NCBI GenBank assembly: GCA_050250895.1
Contig: JBFWNU010000010.1
Coordinates: 64,001 to 128,000 of the forward strand
Direction: 5' to 3'
Length of the DNA: 64,000 bases
Source of the DNA: Vulcanimicrobiota bacterium
Lineage (GTDB): Bacteria > Vulcanimicrobiota > Xenobia > Xenobiales > JADMJV01
The position numbers were made by a program, and so were the translations under genes. The notes below the pieces were generated by a model. That model did no database searches. It worked only from the letters and a program-made list of their open reading frames with translations, and was not told the origin of the DNA. Shown here one piece after another: positions 54,761 to 62,428 of the stretch (positions within the stretch are counted from its first letter, which is position 1; each line of letters opens with the position of its first letter).

Positions 54761-55774
54761 TCACCTGCCCTGGGAAGGCGTCAAGTCGAACAGTTGCAGG
54801 CCCTCAGGCCCCAGATAGGCCAGCTTGGAACCGTCGGGCGCCAGCTGCAACTGCCCCAGCGGAAGCTTCTCGAGCGGGGTCAGCCGATAGTCGTCACCTT
54901 TTCTGCCGACCAGCACCTGCATGCTCGATTCGACCACGTCCAACTGGCAGACCACCGCCACCGTGCCGTCGTCGGACAACTGGGGATAGCCATAGGCCAG
55001 ATCCCCGCTGGCCAACGGGCGAGAGGTCTTGCCCTCGACCAGCACCACCTGGCTCTGGCCCGGATGGTCGACCAGCGTCACCAGCGCGCGCTCTTGACGG
55101 GCTATCAGACCGGTTACACTCTGGGCTTTCAAGACCAGGCTCTGGTTCGTCCCGCGGCGATAGGTCAGGTTCTGGTGCTGGCCGTCGGGTTCGACGGTGA
55201 AGCCGCCCTCGGCCGAAGACCATTCGGCCAGGACCCGCTGGTCATCGCCCAGCAGGGGCCCAGGTGTAAAGGCCTCGGAGCCGTGTCCTTCGGGGTCGAG
55301 CAGGGCCAGACGGGCGGGTTGCAACTGGCCTCCGGCCTGGTAGAACGAGCCTGCCACCAGCACTTTCTGATCAATTCTTCTCAGCGTGCCAGCCTCACCG
55401 ACGAAACCCGGCCCGTCAAGGCTAGGAGCCATCAGCACCCGAGGTCGGGCAGTGGAGAAGTCGACTTCTAGAAAGGTCGTGCCCGCCTGGGTCATCACCA
55501 CCGCTCCATCGCGAGTTGCACAGACATCGTCCACGCTAGGCACGATCAGAGGCACCTCTTGCCCTGGCGAGCCGAGTTGCAACACCCACAGACGAAAGCC
55601 CACTCCCTGTTGGCGCTCGGTGGTGCGGGTGCGCTCGAGCCCTAACAGCTTGCCATCGGGGGTGAAACCCACCAGCTGGAAGCCGCGCTCATAGACCCCG
55701 AGCCGGGCCAGATCGATGGGCTCGGCCCAGCCCAGGGCCGTCAAAACCAGCAACAGCAACCAAACCCGCTTCAC
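54761..55774 (-). CDS. Secreted beta-propeller-like hypothetical protein
   Basis: GTG start (M)KRVWLLLLVLTALGWA; FTPDGK, LSDDG, LAPDGSKLAY. Confidence 0.7.
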   Translation of the reverse strand: MKRVWLLLLVLTALGWAEPIDLARLGVYERGFQLVGFTPDGKLLGLERTRTTERQQGVGFRLWVLQLGSPGQEVPLIVPSVDDVCATRDGAVVMTQAGTTFLEVDFSTARPRVLMAPSLDGPGFVGEAGTLRRIDQKVLVAGSFYQAGGQLQPARLALLDPEGHGSEAFTPGPLLGDDQRVLAEWSSAEGGFTVEPDGQHQNLTYRRGTNQSLVLKAQSVTGLIARQERALVTLVDHPGQSQVVLVEGKTSRPLASGDLAYGYPQLSDDGTVAVVCQLDVVESSMQVLVGRKGDDYRLTPLEKLPLGQLQLAPDGSKLAYLGPEGLQLFDLTPSQGR

Positions 55775-55864
55775 GTCCAACCTATTCTGGGAGGGTTGCA
55801 ACCGACCTGCAACGCCCCCGGGTGATAGTGTGGGCGACCAAAGAACACCACCGGGGAGGAAACA

Positions 55865-57340
55865 ATGTATCTCAATCGATGGCTCAAGACCCACGCTCAA
55901 CTCCGCCCGAATCAGATCGCTCTGATCGATGAACACGGCCACCGGACCAGCTATGCCCAGATGTACGAGGCCAGCAAGACGGCCGCCGCTCGCCTGCAAC
56001 AGCTGGGCGTGACCGCTGGCGACCGGGTGGCCACCCTGACCGCCAACCGCCCCGAGTTCTTGCACCTGCTGTTCGGCTGCGCCCGCATCGGCGCTATCCT
56101 GGTGCCCCTCAACTGGCGCCTGACCAAAGCCGAACTGGCCGGCATCGTAGCCGACTGCGACCCCAAAGTGATGTTCGTAGACGCCCAGAACACGATGCAG
56201 GCCCCCGAGCACCCCAACGCTCTTTCCATCCACAACTTCGCTGATGGCGTCCAGGCCAGCGACTATCTGGCCGAGGTCGACGAAGACACGGCCGTGGCCA
56301 TCTTCTACACGGGCGGAACCACCGGCGTTCCCAAAGGTGCCGTGCTAACCCATCGCTCCATCCACTGGAACGCCGTCAACACCATCACCGGCTGGGGTCT
56401 TGCTCCCACCGATGTGGCCCCGGTTTTCACCCCGATGTTCCATACCGGCGGCCTCAACGTGCTGGCCACCCCCCTCTTCCTGCTGGGCGGCACGGTCGTG
56501 CTGGCCGGCCCCTTCAAAGCCGAGGACGCCCTTGACCTGCTGGTCAAAGAGCGTTGCACCGTGCTCTTTATGGTTCCCACCATGTTCGATATGCTGCGCA
56601 GCGTGCCCGAGTTCGACACCACCGACCTCTCCCGAGTGCGCCTCTGGATCTCTGGTGGTGCTCCCTGCCCCCGTTCGCTGTTCGAAGCCTACTGGCAGCG
56701 CGGTTTGCCGTTGCGCCAGGGCTACGGCCTGACCGAGGCTGGCCCCAACAACTTCGGCGTCAACATCGAAGATGCCAAAGCTCACCTGGGGACCGTCGGC
56801 CATCCCCTGCCTTTTGTCGACATCCGCCTGGTGCGCGAAGACGGCAGCGAGTCTGCCATCGGCGAGGTGGGCGAACTGCAGGTTCGCGGCCCCCACGTGA
56901 TGAGCGGCTACTGGGCCCGCCCTGAGGCCACCGCTCAGGCCATCGCCTACGGCTGGCTCCACACCGGTGACCTGGCCTATCGCAACAAAGACGGCTTCTT
57001 CTTTATCTGCGGGCGTAACAAAGAGATGTTCATCTCGGGCGGCGAGAACGTCTTCCCGGCCGAAATCGAAGAGGTCCTGCTCGACCACCCGGCCGTGGCC
57101 GAAGCCGCCGTCATCGGCGTGCCCGACGCCAAGTGGGGCGAGGTCGGCCGCGCCTACATCGTGGCCAAAGACGCCGCCAACCCGCCCACCGACGCCGAGC
57201 TCACTGCCTTCTGCCGCGGCCGCCTGGCCGGCTACAAGGTGCCCAAGCAGGTTCGCATCATCGACTCGCTGCCCAAGTCGGCGGCCGGCAAGATCCTCAA
57301 GAAACTTCTGGCCGAACCGGCCCTGGCGGAGGCTCGCTAA
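55865..57340 (+). CDS. AMP-dependent acyl-CoA ligase (long-chain fatty acid/MenE-like)
   Basis: YTGGTTGVPKG, QGYGLTE, WLHTGD, GRNKEMFISGGENV, LPKSAAGK. Confidence 0.95.
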   Translation: MYLNRWLKTHAQLRPNQIALIDEHGHRTSYAQMYEASKTAAARLQQLGVTAGDRVATLTANRPEFLHLLFGCARIGAILVPLNWRLTKAELAGIVADCDPKVMFVDAQNTMQAPEHPNALSIHNFADGVQASDYLAEVDEDTAVAIFYTGGTTGVPKGAVLTHRSIHWNAVNTITGWGLAPTDVAPVFTPMFHTGGLNVLATPLFLLGGTVVLAGPFKAEDALDLLVKERCTVLFMVPTMFDMLRSVPEFDTTDLSRVRLWISGGAPCPRSLFEAYWQRGLPLRQGYGLTEAGPNNFGVNIEDAKAHLGTVGHPLPFVDIRLVREDGSESAIGEVGELQVRGPHVMSGYWARPEATAQAIAYGWLHTGDLAYRNKDGFFFICGRNKEMFISGGENVFPAEIEEVLLDHPAVAEAAVIGVPDAKWGEVGRAYIVAKDAANPPTDAELTAFCRGRLAGYKVPKQVRIIDSLPKSAAGKILKKLLAEPALAEAR

Positions 57341-57341
57341 C

Positions 57342-58526
57342 ATGAAAGACTCTCGCACCGCATACGTCGTCGAAGGCCTGCTCTTCCTCATCTATCTCGC
57401 CTTCGGCATCTCCTGGATCGCTTACTCGCCCATCATGGGCGAACTCGAAGGCCACTTTCACGTGACTCACGCCGAGGCCGGCAGCCTGATCTCGCTGGTC
57501 TCGCTGGCCAAAGCCTTCGTGCCGCTGTTTGCCGGCCTGCTGGCGGCCCGCCTGGGCCTCAAGCGGGCCCTGGCCCTGGGCGCCGGTCTGGCCGGAATCG
57601 CCGCCGTCTTGCCGTTTGCCCCGACCTTCAAGCTGCTGCTGGTGGGCCGTTTTCTCTTCGGAGTGGGCGGCGCCATCGTGGTCACCCTGATGGGACCCAC
57701 CGTGATGGCCTGGTTCTCGGGCTCGAAGCTGCCGATGATCAACGGCATCAACAATGTAGCTGTCAACGCCGGCATCACGGTGGCCTACTTCACCACCGTG
57801 CCTCTGGTCAACCGCCTGGGCTGGCGCGCCACTCTGGTCGGCTTCGGCGTCATCTCGATCGTTCTGGCCGTCGCCTGGCTCTTGTTCGGCGCCGAAGCTG
57901 ACACCGACTCCAAGGCGGTCGCCCAAGACAACCCGCGCCTCATCGAGATGCTGCGCCGCCCCGAGACCTGGTGGCTGGGCCTGGCCTTCACCGGCCCGCT
58001 GTCCCTCTACCTGGCTCTCAACACCTGGCTGCCCAGCCACTACCAAGAGGCCTTCAACCTGTCCCGCTCGGCGGCCTCGCAAATGACCGGCCTGTTCAAC
58101 CTGGTGGGCATCCCGGCGGCTATCTTCGGTGGCCTGCTGACCGCTCGCCTGGGCCTGCGCAAACCGCTCATCCTGCTCTCTGGCTGCATTATGCCGGTAG
58201 CCGCTCTGGGCCTGTTCGCCTCACCTGAACTCTCGGTGCGCACCATCTCGGCGGTGATGCTGGGAGCCTCGTTCTTCCTCTACGTGGCCCCGCTGTTCAC
58301 CATCCCGATGGAGCTGCCAGGCATGACCCCTCGCCGGGTCGCCCTGATGATGGGCTGTATCTTCAGCATGGCCTACATTGTCAGCTTCCTGTCCCCGATG
58401 CTCGTGGGTGCCCTACGTGACTGGACCGGCTCGTTCGGCCCCGGCCTGGGCCTGTTCGCCCTGACCTCGTCGGTGCTGGCTATCGCCGCCTCGCGCCTGC
58501 CCGAAACCGGCCCCAAGGCTCGCTAA
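57342..58526 (+). CDS. MFS transporter (CynX/NimT-like)
   Basis: About 12 TMs; GLLAARLGLKR; LNTWLPSHY; GALRDWTGSF. Confidence 0.88.
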   Translation: MKDSRTAYVVEGLLFLIYLAFGISWIAYSPIMGELEGHFHVTHAEAGSLISLVSLAKAFVPLFAGLLAARLGLKRALALGAGLAGIAAVLPFAPTFKLLLVGRFLFGVGGAIVVTLMGPTVMAWFSGSKLPMINGINNVAVNAGITVAYFTTVPLVNRLGWRATLVGFGVISIVLAVAWLLFGAEADTDSKAVAQDNPRLIEMLRRPETWWLGLAFTGPLSLYLALNTWLPSHYQEAFNLSRSAASQMTGLFNLVGIPAAIFGGLLTARLGLRKPLILLSGCIMPVAALGLFASPELSVRTISAVMLGASFFLYVAPLFTIPMELPGMTPRRVALMMGCIFSMAYIVSFLSPMLVGALRDWTGSFGPGLGLFALTSSVLAIAASRLPETGPKAR

Positions 58527-58557
58527 CTTTAGAACCCCTGTGGTTCTTTGGTCCACC

Positions 58558-58590
58558 CCCCCGGTCTCACGACCGGGGGTCTTTCATTTT
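58558..58590 (+). terminator. Rho-independent terminator after MFS gene
   Basis: CCCCCGGTC-TCAC-GACCGGGGG followed by TCTTTCATTTT. Confidence 0.8.
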
Positions 58591-58810
58591 TGGCCAGCTG
58601 AGGCCGTTGATGGCGTTGTAGCTTGGCGAGTTCTTGGGCACCTCGGGGTGGTGGTGGCCGGCACAGAAGATGGTGAAATCGTCCGGCTCGGCGGTGGCCC
58701 GGTAGTAGTAGGTGCCGTAGCCGGGGCCCACCGGGATGGCCCTGAGATAGTCGGGCGTGAGAAGCTCTAGATTGGCCGGATAGCGGCCCGACCAATCGGT
58801 GGAAGTAGGC
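58567..58810 (-). pseudogene. 5'-truncated pilin/GspG-like gene fragment
   Basis: STDWSGRYPANLELLTPDYLRAIP...FTIFCAGHHH...PSYNAINGL; begins right after the stop of the upstream paralog, no start or TM. Confidence 0.65.
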
Positions 58811-59248
58811 CTAGCGCCATTGTTCACTCGCGTAGTGGGGAGTCCGGTTGCCGTGATGGTTGCCGCCGCAACCCACACTAAAGTCAGAGCCGGACGCGAG
58901 CCAGGTTGCGGAGTAGGTACCGTAGCCGGGGCCCACCGGCACCTGGCGCAGGCTGGGCGGTTGCCACCAATCCGGTGGACAACAGCCACGGATGATCACT
59001 GGGCGCAAAGCGGTGGGCGCGGTGGCCGGGCAGGTCGGAATTGCCTTGAGATACCGTGGGACTAGCAGCGAAATTCTGGTCGGATAGTGCCCAAAGTCTG
59101 TGGCGTAGGCTTCGGCGGCGGCGGAAATCTGGTAAATGTTGTTTTGGCAGCGCCAGGTGCCCGACGTCATGCCCGAGTAGCGGGGCAGAAGCGCATAGCA
59201 AGCGAGCTGTAGCAAGAGAAGGCCGGCCAGGGCCCAGAAGAATTTCAT
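58811..59248 (-). CDS. Small TM-anchored pilin/GspG-like protein
   Basis: MKFFWALAGLLLLQLACYALLP TM; CQNNIYQISAAAEAYATDFGHYP...LVPRYLKAIPTCP. Confidence 0.72.
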   Translation of the reverse strand: MKFFWALAGLLLLQLACYALLPRYSGMTSGTWRCQNNIYQISAAAEAYATDFGHYPTRISLLVPRYLKAIPTCPATAPTALRPVIIRGCCPPDWWQPPSLRQVPVGPGYGTYSATWLASGSDFSVGCGGNHHGNRTPHYASEQWR

Positions 59249-59313
59249 CGACTCGGTTACGGCCGGGCCGAGAAGTCGGTTCATCGCGGCGGCGGGGCTC
59301 CTCTCGACCAGGC

Positions 59314-59638
59314 CTAGCGCCATCCCGCGTCCAGTCCCTCAGTGGCGGTGTAGCGCGGAAAGTTCTGTAACGACCCACGTTGCCGAGTAGGAATCGTAGC
59401 CCGGCCCCACCGGTAGTTGCCGCAGGCTGGGCGGTTGCCACCAATCGGGCGGGCAACAACCACGAACGATGACCGGGCGCACAGCCGTGGGCGCGGTGGC
59501 TGGGCAGGTCGGAATGGCCTTAAGGTATTTCGGGACCGGCAGCGAGATCCTGGCCGGATAGTGGCCAACCTCTGTCGCGTAAGCTTCGGCGGCGGCGGAA
59601 ATCTGGTAAATGTTGTTTTGGCAGCGCCAGGTGCTCAT
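59314..59638 (-). pseudogene. Paralog of 58811-59248 lacking the TM segment, with an internal deletion/frameshift
   Basis: MSTWRCQNNIYQISAAAEAY...; C-terminal NFPRYTATEGLDAGWR* lies in another frame. Confidence 0.68.
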
Positions 59639-59941
59639 CGACTTCCAGCTGGAAGTGGGCGGGCTAAATGTTGTGAAATCCTAACATTCGCAAGGTGAGA
59701 AGTTGCCCAAAAGGTAGACCCACTCTAGACGAGGCGCACAAAGTCCTCAGAGCGCGTTGTCAGGCATCCGGGGGCGGGAAATGGCTGGCGAAAACGTTTT
59801 GCTCTGGCAACGCCTTGTCATGAATGCCTGTCGCGTCGTCAGGAAATCCTATAACCAAGCCATTTGTTTGCGTTGAATCGGGTGGCTATCTTGAGTAAAA
59901 TAGGATCATTCCTTGATTCTTCTTCTACTCGGAGGTCGGTA

Positions 59942-61126
59942 ATGTCGTCATCGCTCTCGGGACTTTCCCATTCACTGCAACAACTCTCTCACCAGGAACT
60001 CCATCAGAGAAACCGCCAGGCCAGCCAGCGCTCCTTTGGCTGTGAATGGGAACTGGCCGCCCACCTTTTGGCCACCGAGCGCAGCGGTCTTTATCGCCAA
60101 ATGGGCAGCGGCAGTACCGTCGGCTACGCCATTACCCACCTGAATCTGCATCCTCAGAAGGCCGGCGAACTCCTCAGCCTGGCCAGGGTCTTCGAGCAAT
60201 TGCCACTGATCTCGGAGGCCTTTCGCGAGGGGAGACTCTGCTGGAGCAAAGCCCGCGCTCTCAAGCGGATCACCACTCCTGAGAACGAGGCCGAGATGCT
60301 CGAGTTTGCCTTAAGGAACAAAGCCCAGGCAGTCGAGCGTGCGGTGGCTCTGACGCCCACCCAGCATAAGCGTGGTCAGGCCCTGAAAGCCTCGCTCGAA
60401 GCTCGCCAAAGTCAGCCCGAGTTGACCTTGGCCGAGCAACCGAAGCCAGTGCAAGAGCCAGCGCCGCGCCCGGTTCCGGAGGCTCCGAAGTTGAGACAGG
60501 TCACTCTGCTGATGACCCCCGAGCAGTATGCCGTCTACGAGCAGGCCAAGAGAATGGTCGAGGCTCGCCGGGGCAAACGAGTCAGCAAAGAGACGGCCGT
60601 GGCCGAAATGAGCCGGGCTCTGCTCGCCTCGGCCGACAACCGAAGCAAGGTGCGCCATCAGGTCATCGTGCATGTGAATGGTGTCACGGGCGAAGGCTTC
60701 TATGACACCGGCCGAGGTTTGTTGCCGGCCGAGCCTGCCGCCGTCGACGAGGCGATGAAGCAAACCGGCATCGTGGTGGCCGCCGCCCCGACCGATCTTC
60801 CAGCTGGAAGTACTCAGGCCGAACCGTTGCCGCTCCTGCCGAGCCAGTCTAAGGGCCGGCCGGGCCTACCGGTGGGTTTGGTGCGAGCGGTATACGCCCG
60901 CGCCTTCGGCCGCTGCGAGCGGTGCTCGTGCGCTGGCGGCAATCTGGTGGTGCACCACGTACGGGCCTGGTCAGACACTCGGCAACATCGGCTGGAAGAC
61001 TTGGAGCTGTTGTGCCCAGGTTGCCACGCTGTCGAGCATGAAAAGGACTTCGCGAACCGGCCCGAGTGGAGAGGCGCGCGGGATGCATCCGTGCGTCGTC
61101 GGCGCAAGAGATCCGGCTCGGGCTGA
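59942..61126 (+). CDS. HNH endonuclease with DUF222-like N-terminal region
   Basis: GGAGG RBS; LPLISEAFREGRLCWSKARAL; RCERC...VHHVRAWS...HRLEDLELLCPGCHAVEH. Confidence 0.85.
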   Translation: MSSSLSGLSHSLQQLSHQELHQRNRQASQRSFGCEWELAAHLLATERSGLYRQMGSGSTVGYAITHLNLHPQKAGELLSLARVFEQLPLISEAFREGRLCWSKARALKRITTPENEAEMLEFALRNKAQAVERAVALTPTQHKRGQALKASLEARQSQPELTLAEQPKPVQEPAPRPVPEAPKLRQVTLLMTPEQYAVYEQAKRMVEARRGKRVSKETAVAEMSRALLASADNRSKVRHQVIVHVNGVTGEGFYDTGRGLLPAEPAAVDEAMKQTGIVVAAAPTDLPAGSTQAEPLPLLPSQSKGRPGLPVGLVRAVYARAFGRCERCSCAGGNLVVHHVRAWSDTRQHRLEDLELLCPGCHAVEHEKDFANRPEWRGARDASVRRRRKRSGSG

Positions 61127-61130
61127 CCCA

Positions 61131-61163
61131 GAAAATCTCATCGGCCCGGGTGGGGCCGATGAG
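61131..61163 (-). terminator. Hairpin CTCATCGGCCC/GGGCCGATGAG with T-run on minus strand
   Basis: 11-bp stem 61137-61147/61153-61163; minus strand continues ATTTTCT; lies between convergent HNH gene and micro-ORF. Confidence 0.65.
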
Positions 61164-61170
61164 TCGCACT

Positions 61171-61242
61171 TTAGATGAAGAGATCGGCGGGGTCGAGCTC
61201 TTCGGTGTCATCGGGCTCAGGCCCGGGATAGCGGTCGTTCAT
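61171..61242 (-). CDS. Putative 23-aa acidic micro-protein MNDRYPGPEPDDTEELDPADLFI
   Basis: GGAGG 8 nt upstream of ATG; terminator hairpin just after the stop; below the ORF-track cutoff. Confidence 0.45.
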   Translation of the reverse strand: MNDRYPGPEPDDTEELDPADLFI

Positions 61243-61358
61243 TGGTTAGTCCTCCACACCGCCCATGATAAAGCCCGTCAGCACTGGTTTCCATGACCCG
61301 GACGGGTGAGATTGTGATCCAGATCATCGAATTTGCGCCAGAAGTGGGCTACAGTCTA

Positions 61359-61481
61359 GGAGTGACCAGAGAGGCTTCGGAGCCACCAGCCGCCCGCTGA
61401 CCGTTAGGCAGCCACGAGCAGGTCGAGCCCCACCGAAGCGAGCCGGAGATACAGCCCGCAAACCCGGCAGCTGGTCACTCC
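61359..61481. ncRNA. Candidate 123-nt structured RNA or MITE-like element
   Basis: Terminal stem GGAGTGACCAG/CTGGTCACTCC; nested GCTTCGG/CCGAAGC, GCCGG/CCGGC, GCTG..CAGC. Confidence 0.45.
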
Positions 61482-61485
61482 CACT

Positions 61486-62298
61486 TTAACCCGCGTAAAG
61501 ACTGAAGCTCAGCTGTTGCTGTTCGTTGGTCAGTCGGCCACTGACCACTCCCTTGGCGAAATCGAGGTGATAGCTGCGATCGTCTGACTGGGCAGACTTG
61601 CCAGAGGCCACCTCGAACGAGCGCTGGGTGCGCTGGCCGTCGAAGGCCTCGGTTTCATTGGCCGCTTCGCGTTGTTTCATCTCGATGCGGCTGCCGCCTT
61701 CGCGCAGGTTGGTCGAGACGGTCCAGGTGGTGGTGGTCCAATTCTGCTCACGCAACAGGTGATGGCCGGCGCAGTCGGCCTCGATGGTCGTGCGGTCGGT
61801 GGTCTGTAGCGGCCGGCTGGCGGTGGGAGCGTCGCCGGGCAGGCCGTTCACGCGGGCCGGAGCCCCACCGAACGTGGGGGTCACCGACAGCGCGAAGGGC
61901 ATGACGTAGACGGTCTTGCCCGCCTCGGCCAGCTCGGGAGTCATCTCGATGTCGACTTCCTGGCGATAGGTGGTGACCTGGGCGGCCACCGGGTAGGAGC
62001 CGATGTGGCCCTGGAGCCTGGCCATGGAGCGCTCGGAGGCGGTTCCGGCCTGGCCGAAGATCAGGTTGTCTTTCTCGCGCAAGGGCGGGCGAACGACCTT
62101 GTCGATGGAGATGTCGACAGCCTCGCCGGCATAGCTTCCATTGACCTTGACCCGGCCGTCTTCGGCCCGCTCGAACTTGAGCGAGACGCTGTCGGGAGTG
62201 GCCGGGTTGCCGTCGTCAAGCGAGCCCTCCAGGCGCAGCGACTCGGGCTTGCCCTGGTTCTTCTGGTATTGCAGATAGGCTCCGACGGTGCGTCCCAC
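61486..62298 (-). CDS. Hypothetical beta-rich protein; true start may be GTG 62333 with a frameshift near 62318
   Basis: 270-aa ORF with GC3-rich codons; promoter motif points to the out-of-frame GTG 62333. Confidence 0.6.
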   Translation of the reverse strand: MGRTVGAYLQYQKNQGKPESLRLEGSLDDGNPATPDSVSLKFERAEDGRVKVNGSYAGEAVDISIDKVVRPPLREKDNLIFGQAGTASERSMARLQGHIGSYPVAAQVTTYRQEVDIEMTPELAEAGKTVYVMPFALSVTPTFGGAPARVNGLPGDAPTASRPLQTTDRTTIEADCAGHHLLREQNWTTTTWTVSTNLREGGSRIEMKQREAANETEAFDGQRTQRSFEVASGKSAQSDDRSYHLDFAKGVVSGRLTNEQQQLSFSLYAG

Positions 62299-62339
62299 GG
62301 TCGGGTCAAAAGCGGAAAGAGCTGAGCGTTCACGCTCAC

Positions 62340-62382
62340 ACCCTAGCTGGCTCAGCCCGAGAGGATGTTAATACAGGGTGAA
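62340..62382 (-). promoter_or_regulatory. Shared promoter TTCAC-N6-TTAAC-N21-TAGGGT, 6 nt before GTG 62333
   Basis: Same spacing as the 11175-11217 copy. Confidence 0.55.
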
Positions 62383-62428
62383 CGTGTAGCACAGCGGGAA
62401 CCCTTCGGTCGGTCCAGAACTCCCCTGG

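Noticed and set aside
3443-57391. Long antisense or alternative-frame ORFs (e.g. 3443-4849, 9429-11057, 21062-22435, 30854-32719, 32905-34299, 43979-45325, 56345-57391)
   Set aside because: Shadow frames of motif-supported genes, expected in high-GC DNA; no recognisable motifs.
57330-58527. AGGCTCGCTAAC at the 3' ends of both the acyl-CoA ligase and MFS genes
   Set aside because: 12-bp match explained by both proteins ending in -AR-stop; no other sign of a cassette.
58811-59638. Diversity-generating retroelement TR/VR pair
   Set aside because: Differences between the two copies are largely third-position changes of all base types, not adenine-specific, and there is no reverse transcriptase in the window.
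59642-60811. Same 15-mer CTTCCAGCTGGAAGT upstream of (59642) and inside (60797) the HNH gene as element ends or target site
   Set aside because: One copy is internal to the CDS so it cannot be a boundary; a single 15-mer match in a GC-rich 64-kb window can occur by chance.
59942-61126. IscB/TnpB/Cas9-like RNA-guided nuclease
   Set aside because: Only an HNH Zn-ribbon is visible; no PLMP start or RuvC motifs could be identified.
61359-61481. tRNA, SRP RNA, RNase P or hammerhead ribozyme
   Set aside because: No TTCRA T-loop or cloverleaf, no CAGG..GGAA..AGCA SRP loop, no GAGGAAAGTCC, no CTGANGA core on either strand.
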